A stretch of DNA of 32,000 nt from an uncultured Desulfurivibrio sp. (GCA_964588325.1 CAZPOR010000002.1:242919-274918), one strand, 5' to 3'; counted from the first letter of the stretch, positions 17,028 through 25,937 are shown. A program made the numbers and translations. The notes: generated by a model from the letters alone, not told the origin.

Positions 17028-18302
17028 TTAATGGACCGAACAGGAGATGCAGGGGTCGTACGCCCTGACCAGCATTTCCGCCAGCAGTTCGATTTCCCGG
17101 TCTTGCTTGCCGGTTTTGGCATACTGGCCAGCCAGCGCCTCGATGTCGTGCAGGATGTTGGCGTGATTCTGACTGGTGGGGATAACGCAATCCGCCTTGA
17201 CCACCTTGCCGTCCTTGTCGAATGTATAATAATGGTAGAGGATGCCCCGGGGAACCTCCACCGCGCCGACCCCCTCGCCTTTTTTTGCCTGCACCGGCTG
17301 GCGCGGTTCCTGCCAGGGATTGCCCAGCAGGGTGTCGATGAGCCGCACGGAATCAAGAACCACCTGCACGCATTCCACCAGTTGAGCCACATTGCACATG
17401 TACGGGTTATGGTTCACCGGGACAAGGCCGAGGAATTTGGAAATCTCCCGTGCGGTGGGGTGGAGCTTGGTAAAGTTGTTGTTCAGTCGGGCCAGGGCGC
17501 CCACGGCAAAGGAGGGCCGGGAGAGTTTGCTCAGCTTGGAGGTGAAGCCCTTTTGGCAGTATTCATTGGTCATGGCCCGGTACTGGTGCTCTTTTTTTAC
17601 GACCCCATCCGTTGAAACAAGCCCGCCGCCGATAAAGGGATAGTTGCTCTCGCCCTTGAGGGAGACGAATTCCGTCTCCCGGCTGAAGTCGGGGATGGCA
17701 AAGGTTTTAAACAGTTCCGCCGAGGCCAGCAGATCAGGGACCGAGGCCATCAATCGCTGGCGTATTTTTTCCAGCTCGCTCTTTTCCGGCAGCATGGTGA
17801 AGCCGCCCACCACGGTGCGGGTGGGATGCAACCGTCTGCCGCCGATAATGTCGCAGGCATCGTTGGCCAGCAGCTTGAGGCGCAGGGCCCGCTGCACCAC
17901 CTCCGGATGGGTCTTGGCCAGGGGCAGCACGCTGCCCGCGCCGAGGAAATCCGGGGCGGCCAGGAAATAGAGATGCAGGATATGGCTCTGCAGGGTTTCC
18001 ATGTGCTTGAGCAGGAGCCTCAGGCTCGCGGTCTGGGGCGAGGGGGTGATGCCGAAGGCGTTTTCCACGGCCCGGATGCTGGCCAGGGTGTGGCCGATGG
18101 AACAGATCCCGCAGATCCGACCGCAGATGTAGGGTGCGTTTTCCCAGTGCTTGCCCACCAGCATGGCCTCGAAAAAACGAGGGGTTTCCACCACCTCCCA
18201 TTGCGCCTTTTTGACCACCCCGTTCTTGATGCTGATCGTGATGTTGCCGTGGCCCTCCACCCGGGTCAGGTGGTGGACATTGACCTCGCAGGAGAGCTTC
18301 AT
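17028..18302 (-). CDS. [NiFe]-hydrogenase large (alpha) subunit, group 3 cytoplasmic type
   Basis: The N-terminal LTRVEGHG and RICGICSIGH (first CxxC Ni ligands) are present, with C-terminal DPCISCSVH (second CxxC plus His). All ligands are Cys; there is no TGA. The start at ATG 18302 (AGGGGG RBS) overlaps the stop of the small subunit (ATGA). Confidence 0.9.
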   Translation of the reverse strand: MKLSCEVNVHHLTRVEGHGNITISIKNGVVKKAQWEVVETPRFFEAMLVGKHWENAPYICGRICGICSIGHTLASIRAVENAFGITPSPQTASLRLLLKHMETLQSHILHLYFLAAPDFLGAGSVLPLAKTHPEVVQRALRLKLLANDACDIIGGRRLHPTRTVVGGFTMLPEKSELEKIRQRLMASVPDLLASAELFKTFAIPDFSRETEFVSLKGESNYPFIGGGLVSTDGVVKKEHQYRAMTNEYCQKGFTSKLSKLSRPSFAVGALARLNNNFTKLHPTAREISKFLGLVPVNHNPYMCNVAQLVECVQVVLDSVRLIDTLLGNPWQEPRQPVQAKKGEGVGAVEVPRGILYHYYTFDKDGKVVKADCVIPTSQNHANILHDIEALAGQYAKTGKQDREIELLAEMLVRAYDPCISCSVH

Positions 18303-19171
18303 GATTTTTTCCCCCTGGCCGCGGCTTTTTTGCACCCAGAGGGTATACGTTTCGTTTGCGCAGGCAAGCTGCTCAACTCAGCTATATTTTTGGGGCGGAA
18401 GGTGTCGGCGAAAGAAGCAAAGCCGCCGAAACATTCCAAGCGGTCGAGGATGGTTTCGCGGTCAAAGCCATGGGTGTGCATGATCTCTTCCAGTCGTTTG
18501 AGATTTGCTCCTTCCGCCGGGCCGCGGCATCCCCAGCACCCCCTGCGGTTGCTGGTGCACCAGGCGTCGCAGCCCGCCCGGGTGACCGGGCCCAGGCAGG
18601 GTTCGCCGAGCTCGAACAGGCAGATGTTTTCGTTGGCCTTGCACTCCATGCACACCGGGTATTCGGGATGGCGCACCGTCTTGCCCACCACCAGATCGGT
18701 GACGATGCGCTCCACCTCTTCCTTCTTGATCGGGCAGCCGAAGATCGAAAGGTCCACCTGGACAAAATCCGCCAGGGGATGCACCTCCATGGTCTCGATG
18801 GGGAAGTCGCCGTACACCTCTTTTTTGACCCAATCCAGATCGCGGAAGCGGTTTTTGAGTTGGTTGACCCCGCCGAAGCAGGCGCAGGAGCCTAGGGCGA
18901 CCAGGATTTTGGCATTCTTGCGGATTCCGGTGAGCCGGGCGATCTCGTCCTTGCGGGTGACGCTGCCCTCGACAAAGGCGATGTCGCAGGTGTCGCTGCG
19001 TTCAGTCATGCCTTCGCGGAAGTTGACGATCTCCACCAGATTGAGAAAATCCAGCAGGGTCGCCTCGTTGTTCAGAAGCTGCAACTGGCACCCCTCGCAG
19101 GAGGATAGCTCGAAGAAGCCGACCTTTGGCCGGGCAAGGGGGACGCCAAGGTAGGAGAGTGGTTCGCTCAT
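18299..19171 (-). CDS. [NiFe]-hydrogenase small (delta) subunit, group 3 type
   Basis: VGFFELSSCEGCQLQLL, LGSCACFGG, and CMECK...C...GPVTRAGCDAWC are Fe-S cluster ligand patterns of short cytoplasmic small subunits. The start is ambiguous. ATG 19171 (MSEPLSY..) is listed here. The track start 19336 would add a 55-aa, very basic extension with low GC3 that contains a 16-bp inverted repeat. Confidence 0.8.
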   Translation of the reverse strand: MSEPLSYLGVPLARPKVGFFELSSCEGCQLQLLNNEATLLDFLNLVEIVNFREGMTERSDTCDIAFVEGSVTRKDEIARLTGIRKNAKILVALGSCACFGGVNQLKNRFRDLDWVKKEVYGDFPIETMEVHPLADFVQVDLSIFGCPIKKEEVERIVTDLVVGKTVRHPEYPVCMECKANENICLFELGEPCLGPVTRAGCDAWCTSNRRGCWGCRGPAEGANLKRLEEIMHTHGFDRETILDRLECFGGFASFADTFRPKNIAELSSLPAQTKRIPSGCKKAAARGKKS

Positions 19172-19176
19172 CTCAG

Positions 19177-19284
19177 GTAAGCGGTCACAAGGCACGGCAT
19201 CTGCTTTGTTATCGGCCTGAGTGCATAGCGATGTATGGCCCACAGGCCTTTGTCGCGCATCTGCCGCACCCTGTGACCGCTTAC
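19177..19284 (-). other. Long-range 16-bp inverted repeat (predicted mRNA hairpin) in the hydrogenase gamma-delta spacer
   Basis: The + strand GTAAGCGGTCACAAGG (19177-19192) and CCCTGTGACCGCTTAC (19269-19284) are complementary. In the minus-strand transcript all 16 positions pair, one as G-U. On the + strand the same position would be an A-C mismatch. The 3' arm ends 5 nt before ATG 19171. Confidence 0.55.
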
Positions 19285-19337
19285 GGCTTGGGCGGGTGCG
19301 CTTGACTTTGTCGTGCCCCTTGAGATCCTTTCCCATC

Positions 19338-20240
19338 TCAGATCGCCTCCTTGAGGTTCATCACCGACCAGTAGTCAAAGACCGGGCCGTCCAGGCAGGT
19401 GTAGGTGGAGCCGATGTTGCAGCGGCAGCATTTGCCCCGGCCGCAGTGCATGCGGCGCTCCAGGGAGACGAACATTTTCTGCATGGGCAGCCCGGCCTCG
19501 GTCAGCATCTTGCAGACGAAATGGAACATGACCGGCGGCCCGCAGACGATGGCGTAGGTGTTTTCGCGCAGGCTAGAGGCTTGGGCGATTCGTTCCCGCA
19601 GGAGTTCGGTGATCAGGCCGGTGTGCCCCTTCCAGCTCTTGTCCGCTGTGTCCACCGTGATGCCGAGGGTGATGTCGAAGCGTTTCCATTCCTCGTACTG
19701 GTAGGTGAAGAGCAGCTCCGCCGGGGTTTTGGCGCCGTACATGATGTCCACCCGCCCGTATCGGCTCCGGTTTTCCAGCACGGCCAGCAAGGGAGAGCGC
19801 AGGGGCACGATGCCCAACCCCCCGCCGATGAGCAGGATGTCGTTGCCCTGCATTTTTTCCAAGGGGAAAGAGGTGCCGAACGGCCCGCTGATCCCTATCC
19901 TCGTGCCCCGTTCCACCCGGTTTAAAAAATTGGTGAAATTGCCCACCGCCCGGATGCACAGCTCAAGGTCGCCGTGCCGCACCGGGGAAGAGGAGATGGA
20001 AAACGGCGCCTCGCCGATGCCCGGCAGTTCCAGCATGACAAACTGGCCCGGCTTGAAGGAAAAACGGTTCCGTTGCTCGGGGTCGATGATCTGGATCTGG
20101 TAGAGCTTTTCGCTGGCGGTGAGCGGGTAGATGCTGGTGATCTCGGCGGGCAGGGTGTACTCGAAGCTGCCCGGGTCCTGCTTGCGGTGATCGCTCATGT
20201 CGTGGCTGAGTATGTCGATGAAGTGGAGTTTGTTCTGCAT
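19338..20240 (-). CDS. Hydrogenase gamma subunit: FAD/NAD(P)-binding oxidoreductase with C-terminal [2Fe-2S] (PyrK/AsrB-like)
   Basis: The flavin-reductase fold motifs are GQFVMLELPGIGEAPFSISS and ILLIGGGLGIVPL (GGGxG). The C-terminal CGRGKCCRCN...TCLDGPVF cluster motif is present. The gene lies between the beta and delta subunits, as in Pyrococcus-type sulfhydrogenase operons. Confidence 0.85.
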   Translation of the reverse strand: MQNKLHFIDILSHDMSDHRKQDPGSFEYTLPAEITSIYPLTASEKLYQIQIIDPEQRNRFSFKPGQFVMLELPGIGEAPFSISSSPVRHGDLELCIRAVGNFTNFLNRVERGTRIGISGPFGTSFPLEKMQGNDILLIGGGLGIVPLRSPLLAVLENRSRYGRVDIMYGAKTPAELLFTYQYEEWKRFDITLGITVDTADKSWKGHTGLITELLRERIAQASSLRENTYAIVCGPPVMFHFVCKMLTEAGLPMQKMFVSLERRMHCGRGKCCRCNIGSTYTCLDGPVFDYWSVMNLKEAI

Positions 20241-20243
20241 GGT

Positions 20244-21281
20244 TTATTCCTTGCCCCGGACGCTGGCGATGACCTCGGGGGGGGTGATGTCGGCAAGGCA
20301 GGCTGTCCCGCAACGGCCGCAGCCCACGCAGAGGGATTCTTCAAAGGCCTCCACGAAACCCCGGTGCTTGTGGTAGTAGCGGTATTTCAACCGGCTGGCG
20401 CTGGTGGGCCGGAAGTTATGGCCGCCAGCCACCTTGGCAAAGTCGATGAGGTTGCAGGAGTGGAGCGATTTTATCTTGCTGGCGTGCCTCAGGTCGAGAT
20501 CCACATGCTCTTCGACTCCATAGCAATAGCAGGTGGGGCAGACATTGGCGCAGGTGCCGCAGGAAAGGCATTTCTCGCCCCAGTAATCCCAGGCTTTTGC
20601 TTCAAATTCAAGATCGAGAATCTTGGTGAGATCCGAGGTGTCCACCGCGGCGGTGTAGCGTTTGCTTTTCTCCTTGGCGGTGTGCTTGTAAAGAGCGAGT
20701 TCTTTGGCGCTCGGGTCCGTGCATTTGATTTGGCTCAGCAGGTCGAAGGCTGTGGCAGAGAGAATCTCTGCAAAATACCTGCCGCCCAGATCGGTGAGAA
20801 ACAGGTCAAAGCCGTGGATGGCTGAATCGGTTCCCATGGAGCGGCAGAAACATTGGGGTTCCGGGTTGCAGCCGATCCCGATGATGAAGAGGTTCTTCCG
20901 CTTGCCCATGTAGTACGGGTTCGGGTAGGTGCTTTGCGCCAGGACCAGGTCCAGCTTGTTCAGGGCATTGATGTCGCAGGCGTGCATGCCGAAGAAGACC
21001 AGGGACCGGTAGACATTGAGGTCAACATGCTTCTCCCAGCCGTCGCGGCTCACGGCAAAGGTGGACAAGATTTCCTGGTAGGGCAGGACAAAGCGCTTGG
21101 GCGAATGCACCGTCTGGGTGTAGTCAAGGGCAAGCTCGGCGAAATCGTAGACCACATTGAAGTCGTACAGGGGCTTGCCGTTGCGGTCGTTGCCCCTGGA
21201 TACCGGGCCGACAATGACGTTGACGGCCAGCAGCTCATGAAGGCGGGCGAGCTCCTGTTTTTTGAAGACCTTGAAGATCAT
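20244..21281 (-). CDS. Hydrogenase beta subunit: 4Fe-4S dicluster protein (AsrA/HydB-like)
   Basis: Two ferredoxin-type motifs are present, CLSCGTCANVCPTCYC and CVGCGRCGTACL. The start at ATG 21281 (GAGGAGG 6 nt upstream) is preferred over the track start 21299. Confidence 0.8.
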   Translation of the reverse strand: MIFKVFKKQELARLHELLAVNVIVGPVSRGNDRNGKPLYDFNVVYDFAELALDYTQTVHSPKRFVLPYQEILSTFAVSRDGWEKHVDLNVYRSLVFFGMHACDINALNKLDLVLAQSTYPNPYYMGKRKNLFIIGIGCNPEPQCFCRSMGTDSAIHGFDLFLTDLGGRYFAEILSATAFDLLSQIKCTDPSAKELALYKHTAKEKSKRYTAAVDTSDLTKILDLEFEAKAWDYWGEKCLSCGTCANVCPTCYCYGVEEHVDLDLRHASKIKSLHSCNLIDFAKVAGGHNFRPTSASRLKYRYYHKHRGFVEAFEESLCVGCGRCGTACLADITPPEVIASVRGKE

Positions 21282-21344
21282 GACAGCCCTCCTCGGCAAA
21301 GTAGGAACGGCATAATCGCTACAGAGAGCGTCCCTTGGTTATGG

Positions 21345-21372
21345 GATATAACGATCGGCCTCCGGCTGTCAA
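21345..21372 (-). promoter_or_regulatory. Sigma70-like promoter candidate for the hydrogenase operon
   Basis: On the minus strand: TTGACA (21372-21367), a 16-nt spacer, then TATATC (21350-21345). It lies about 65 nt upstream of the beta-subunit ATG, in the only intergenic gap between rlpA and the operon. Confidence 0.35.
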
Positions 21373-21392
21373 GCAATTGTCCGCTGGCAGAA

Positions 21393-22205
21393 TTATCTTG
21401 CGACGACGAAAGATTCGGGAAAGCCCGTGCCCGCCAAGGTTTGTTCCATCTGTTTTGCTGCGGTCAGGGTTGAGCCAGCTTTGACCTGAACGCGGTAGAA
21501 TATCTGATCGCCCCGTTCATGGCGAACGGTCTCGGTCTCCCTTCCCCCTTTGTTCATCCTGTCCTTCAGGCGATCGGCATTTTCCTGGACGGTGAAGGCG
21601 CCGATCTGGACATAAAAATCGCCCTTCTGGAAATCCTCGTGGGGCAGAAAACGGGCTGCGATCTTGTTGTCGGCAAGTTGGATGGTTTCCGCCTCGCCCA
21701 AGGCGGTGATCCGGACCCGGCCGGTTCCGTCCTTGATGATGCCGAGATCCCGGGCCACATTGTAGGAGAGATCGATGATTCTGTTCCCCACGAAAGGGCC
21801 GCGGTCATTGATCCGCACCGTTGTGGAGCGGCCGTTGTCCAGGTTTTCCACCAGAAGCCTGGTGTTCATGGGCAGGGTCTTGTGGGCCGCGGTCCAGCCG
21901 TACATATTGTAGGTCTCGCCGTTTGAGGTCTTGCGGCCGTGGAATGGATTGCCGTACCAGGAGGCAGTGCCGGTTTCGACGAATCCTTCTGCCGAGGGCA
22001 GCGGATAGTAGGTCTTGCCCTCTATCTGATAGGGCCTTTGGGTGGCAGGAATGCGGCCTGCCTTGGCTGCGGGTTTGGGCCGGGGCGGTGTCGCCTGTGG
22101 GGGCGGGGTGCTGGTGAGCACGGTGGTGCAGCCGGAAAATGCGGCCCCGCACAGAAACAAAAGGGCAAGGAGGAAGATTGTCCGGATATGTTTTTGGCAG
22201 ATCAT
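21393..22205 (-). CDS. rlpA: Septal ring lytic transglycosylase RlpA-family lipoprotein with C-terminal SPOR domain
   Basis: The signal and lipobox-like segment is LLALLFLCGAAFSGC. The DPBB core reads GTASWYGNPFHGRKTSNGETYNM...AAHKTLPMNTRLLVENL.NGRSTTVRINDRGPF. The SPOR-like tail is FYVQIGAF...A..L. Confidence 0.88.
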   Translation of the reverse strand: MICQKHIRTIFLLALLFLCGAAFSGCTTVLTSTPPPQATPPRPKPAAKAGRIPATQRPYQIEGKTYYPLPSAEGFVETGTASWYGNPFHGRKTSNGETYNMYGWTAAHKTLPMNTRLLVENLDNGRSTTVRINDRGPFVGNRIIDLSYNVARDLGIIKDGTGRVRITALGEAETIQLADNKIAARFLPHEDFQKGDFYVQIGAFTVQENADRLKDRMNKGGRETETVRHERGDQIFYRVQVKAGSTLTAAKQMEQTLAGTGFPESFVVAR

Positions 22206-23740
22206 GGTTGTGTCTCTGTGGGCAGATTGGACTTGAGCCGTTCGCTGAAGAAAGCCCCGGCCTTGCCAACGGTGTGGGGGGTGTAGGGGAGATAGCGGTG
22301 TTGCTTGGGCTCCACGCCCACATTGTCGAAAAGCACCTTTTTGTTTGCGTCCAGCATGGAGAGGTGCAGGTCCAGGATGGGGCGGAAGATGTGGAGCCTG
22401 CCATCCGGTCCAACCCCGACCAAGGGGCTTTCCCAGCGGCGCAGCTCATATCCCTTGAGCCACAGGCTTGGGATTGGCGTGCCGGTGATCTTGTCCTTCA
22501 GGGAAGAGGCTTGACCGGTGGGATTGTCCAACTGTGCCTCCACCTCGCGGCTGCCCTGCACACTGAGCCGGGACCAGGCGGGATGGCTGGGGTTCTCGGT
22601 GCGGAGCAGGTGGGTCCCCTGGTCGTTAAAGGACCACTGGCTGTGGCACACGGTGCAATGCGCCTTTTTTTCGTACTGTTTGTGGGCAGGATGGACAAGC
22701 CGGGGCACCACGAGTTTTTTGCCGTTCAGCCGGGTGGTGAGGATGAGCTGGTCGTCTTCGACTTGCAGGTTGTCCAGGGGAATGGGCAACCCTGTGCGCC
22801 AGCCGTGGCAACTGAGGCAGGTCGCCGCCTTTTCTTTTTTTCCGGCGCCACCGTGTCCGCCCATGAGTTCCGCCCCGGTGTGGCAATCGATGCAGGCCAT
22901 GCCTTTCTGCTGGTGGATGTCCGGAGCCAGTTGATGGAACTCCACTCCGTAGGGCCGGGTTTCGCTGCCATCGGTGCGGTAGGGGGTGCGGTATTCCAGG
23001 TTGAAGTCGTGCTCAAAGCGGCCGTAATAGTCGGCCCCCACGAAGTTGCCGTAATGGCAGTGCAGGCACTGGCTGTCTGCCGGCGATTTGACAAAGGCGT
23101 GGCCATTCATTTTGCCGTTGGTGTAGGCGAGGTGGCAGGCGGCGCAGCCCGTGCCGCGCACTGTTTCCGGGTAGACGTCGCCGGAGTTGTATACATGACA
23201 GCGCAAGCAGCGGCGGCGCAGCAGGTCGTCGGCCAGGTCGAGGGGGGAGGAGATTGTTTGAGGAATCGGGATCTCCGCCAGAGTGGCAAGGGGGGCTTGG
23301 GCGCCGAAGGCCGACCGGACAAGATTCACCTCGTTTTGCGCGGTGAAATGCACCGAAAAGGCGGTCTCGGCCACCTGCCGGGCATGGCAGGTGCCGCAGG
23401 CTTTCTGCATCCGGTCCGGATGGGCAGGCTGGCTGATGAGCCCGGCATGGGCCTGCTCCTGCGTTGCTCCCTTCGGGTTTCCGCCATGGCAGCCGGTGCA
23501 GGCCGAGGCGTGGCGGGAGTCGAGCTGGATTGTCGGATGGCATCCCAGGCAGCCTGGCTGGCGCACGGGCTGGGGCACAGCTTTTTGCGCGGCGGGTTTT
23601 TCCGGGGGTCTGCTTTCCCTGCACCCTGGAAAAGCAAGGGCCAGCAGGCAGAGAGGCACCAGGATGGCGCGGAATTTCGGGCAGAGACAAAAAGGCATGG
23701 CGGAACGTGTGACCTCGGGATTAAAGAATGTTTCCGCCAT
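22202..23740 (-). CDS. Secreted multiheme cytochrome c with nine CxxCH motifs and a heme-free C-terminal domain
   Basis: Nine motifs: CLGCH, CTGCH, CGTCH, CLRCH, CAACH, CLHCH, CIDCH, CLSCH, CTVCH. The N-terminal hydrophobic signal ends ..LALAFPGC. The last ~145 aa have no heme motif. The start is either ATG 23740 (AAGG upstream) or ATG 23698. The gene overlaps the rlpA start by 4 nt. Confidence 0.85.
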   Translation of the reverse strand: MAETFFNPEVTRSAMPFCLCPKFRAILVPLCLLALAFPGCRESRPPEKPAAQKAVPQPVRQPGCLGCHPTIQLDSRHASACTGCHGGNPKGATQEQAHAGLISQPAHPDRMQKACGTCHARQVAETAFSVHFTAQNEVNLVRSAFGAQAPLATLAEIPIPQTISSPLDLADDLLRRRCLRCHVYNSGDVYPETVRGTGCAACHLAYTNGKMNGHAFVKSPADSQCLHCHYGNFVGADYYGRFEHDFNLEYRTPYRTDGSETRPYGVEFHQLAPDIHQQKGMACIDCHTGAELMGGHGGAGKKEKAATCLSCHGWRTGLPIPLDNLQVEDDQLILTTRLNGKKLVVPRLVHPAHKQYEKKAHCTVCHSQWSFNDQGTHLLRTENPSHPAWSRLSVQGSREVEAQLDNPTGQASSLKDKITGTPIPSLWLKGYELRRWESPLVGVGPDGRLHIFRPILDLHLSMLDANKKVLFDNVGVEPKQHRYLPYTPHTVGKAGAFFSERLKSNLPTETQP

Positions 23741-24083
23741 ACTACCTTATTTAGCGCAAGGGCAACAAGCCGCAATTGCATCGGAAAAGGAAGAACGTAA
23801 CCGCGCTCGCGTTGTCCCTGGCCCTTCGGCAATTTCTCTTGCCGGAATGGGCATTTTCCCTTGGACAAAGGAGGGCTCAATACTGTATTTTAATGGGAAT
23901 GTAATGCGGCCCGATTGTATCGGGCTGTCGTTTTTGTTCCCCTGCTTGTTTGTCGATTGCTTGGTGGAATCCCGGCGCAGGCCCCGCTTCCCCTGGCGTG
24001 CGTTGCGGCGATGGGTTGTGTTGCGCAGATTGAAAGCCATCCACCGTGTTTTTTTTCTTATTTTACGAGACCGGCGCCATTTT

Positions 24084-25739
24084 ATGAAAACTACCAATCA
24101 GACCCATCGAACCAAGTTCATCTTCATCACCGGCGGCGTTCTTTCGTCCCTGGGCAAAGGGCTGGCAGCCGCGTCCATCGGCGCCCTGCTGGAGAGCCGC
24201 GGGCTGTCCATCACCTTCCAGAAGCTGGACCCGTACATCAACGTGGACCCCGGCACCATGAACCCCTTTCAGCACGGCGAGGTGTATGTCACCGACGACG
24301 GGGCGGAGACGGACCTTGATCTCGGCCATTACGAGCGGTACACCTCCGTGGCCCTGGGCCAGCGCAACAACTACACCTCGGGCCGCATCTACCATTCGGT
24401 GATCAGCAAGGAGCGGCGCGGCGAGTACCTGGGCGGCACCGTGCAGGTGATCCCGCATGTCACCGACGAGATCAAGCGCGCCATCCTCCAGTTTGAAGGC
24501 GAGGTGGACGTGGCCATCATCGAGATCGGCGGCACCATCGGCGATATCGAGAGCTTGCCCTTTCTGGAGGCAATTCGTCAGTTCCGCACCGATGTGGGGA
24601 GGGAAAACTCCCTGTACATCCATGTCACCTGGGTTCCCTATATCAAGACCGCAGGCGAGGTCAAAACCAAGCCCACCCAGCACAGCGTCAAGGAGCTGCG
24701 CGCCATCGGCATCCAGCCCGACATCCTGCTCTGCCGCACGGAAAGCCTGCTGAGTAATGAGCTGAAGGCCAAGATTTCCCTGTTCTGCAACGTGGAGAAG
24801 GAGGCGGTGATCACGGCCCGCGACGTGGACAACATCTACGAGGTGCCGCTCTGCTTCCACGCCGAGGGGCTCGATGACATCATCCTCAATAAGCTCAATA
24901 TCTGGACCGGATCGCCGCGTCTGGACGCCTGGCAGGATCTGGTCGAGAAGGTTAAGCACCCCAAACGCGAGGTGGAGATCGGCATCATCGGCAAATACGT
25001 CGATCTGACCGAATCGTACAAGAGCCTGCACGAAGCCCTGGTGCATGGGGGCGTGGCCAACGAGGCCAAGGTGCGGCTCCGCTATGTGAGCGCCGAGGAG
25101 ATTGAAGAGAAGGGCGCCGACGGCCTGTTGGCCGGGTGCCATGGGGTATTGGTGCCGGGCGGTTTTGGCAGCCGCGGGGTGGCGGGCAAGATTCAGGCCG
25201 TGACCTTTGCCAGGGAGAAAAAGATCCCCTATTTCGGCATCTGCCTCGGCATGCAGTTGGCGGTGATCGAGTTCGCCAGAAACGTCGCCGGCATGAAAGA
25301 CGCGGACAGCACCGAGTTCAGCCTGTTGACCAAGCATCCGGTTATCTATTTCATCAAGGAATGGTACGATTACCGCACCGGAAAAACCCAGATCCGCGAC
25401 GAAGCCACCGACCTGGGCGGCACCCTGCGGCTGGGGGCCTATCCCTGCAAGATGGTGGAGAATACCTTTGCCCACGCGGCGTACGGCACGGGCGAGATCC
25501 AAGAGCGGCACCGGCATCGCTATGAATTCAACAATGCCTTCAAGGAGGAGCTGGTGAAACATGGGCTCATCATCAGCGGCACCTCCCCGGACGAAAAGCT
25601 GGTGGAGATTGTCGAATTGCCCGACCATCCGTGGTTTCTCGGCTGCCAGTTCCATCCGGAATTCAAGTCCGGCCCCATGAAGCCGCATCCCCTGTTCACG
25701 AATTTTATCAAGGCAGCTTTGGAGAATGCCGGTCTGTAG
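24084..25739 (+). CDS. pyrG: CTP synthase
   Basis: [71 protein letters not shown] is the classic PyrG N-terminus. The glutaminase domain motifs GICLGMQ and HRHRYE are present. The true start is ATG 24084 (MKTTNQ). The 267 codons upstream in the track ORF are an open-frame artefact. Confidence 0.95.
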   Translation: MKTTNQTHRTKFIFITGGVLSSLGKGLAAASIGALLESRGLSITFQKLDPYINVDPGTMNPFQHGEVYVTDDGAETDLDLGHYERYTSVALGQRNNYTSGRIYHSVISKERRGEYLGGTVQVIPHVTDEIKRAILQFEGEVDVAIIEIGGTIGDIESLPFLEAIRQFRTDVGRENSLYIHVTWVPYIKTAGEVKTKPTQHSVKELRAIGIQPDILLCRTESLLSNELKAKISLFCNVEKEAVITARDVDNIYEVPLCFHAEGLDDIILNKLNIWTGSPRLDAWQDLVEKVKHPKREVEIGIIGKYVDLTESYKSLHEALVHGGVANEAKVRLRYVSAEEIEEKGADGLLAGCHGVLVPGGFGSRGVAGKIQAVTFAREKKIPYFGICLGMQLAVIEFARNVAGMKDADSTEFSLLTKHPVIYFIKEWYDYRTGKTQIRDEATDLGGTLRLGAYPCKMVENTFAHAAYGTGEIQERHRHRYEFNNAFKEELVKHGLIISGTSPDEKLVEIVELPDHPWFLGCQFHPEFKSGPMKPHPLFTNFIKAALENAGL

Positions 25740-25795
25740 GTAGTTTCTGGTTCTTTCCGGCCAAATAAGATGGGCTCGCAAAAAAGCAAAGACCG

Positions 25796-25882
25796 CGTCA
25801 TCCCGTCATTCCGGCGAAGGCCGGAATCCAGTGTTGGTGGGTAGTTGTGGAAATCCTGGACCCCGGTTTTCACCGGGGTGAC
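25796..25882. repeat. Compound palindromic (MITE/REP-like) intergenic element
   Basis: The terminal inverted repeats are CGTCATCCCGT (25796-25806) and ACCGGGGTGACG (25871-25882). Internal hairpin 1 is ATTCCGGC-gaag-GCCGGAAT (25808-25827). Internal hairpin 2 is CCCCGGT-tttc-ACCGGGG (25861-25878). Translating either strand gives the spurious-peptide signatures (..SFRRRPES.. and ..LDSGLRRNDGMT..) that I associate with a widespread bacterial intergenic repeat family. Only one copy is visible in this window. Confidence 0.5.
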
Positions 25883-25937
25883 GATCTTTTTGAAATCTGC
25901 GCTTATCTGCGAAACCATCATTGTAAGGAGAGCGAAA

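Noticed and set aside
21384-21402. A sigma54-like TGGCAG-N..-TTGC sequence near the 3' end of rlpA.
   Set aside because: The GG-to-GC spacing is 2 nt too long for the -24/-12 consensus. The site also points into the antisense strand of rlpA.
23283-24083. The 267-codon N-terminal extension of the pyrG ORF in the track (818 aa).
   Set aside because: The conserved CTP synthase sequence begins at [18 protein letters not shown] (ATG 24084). The upstream part overlaps the cytochrome gene on the other strand and the intergenic region, and looks like random open frame.
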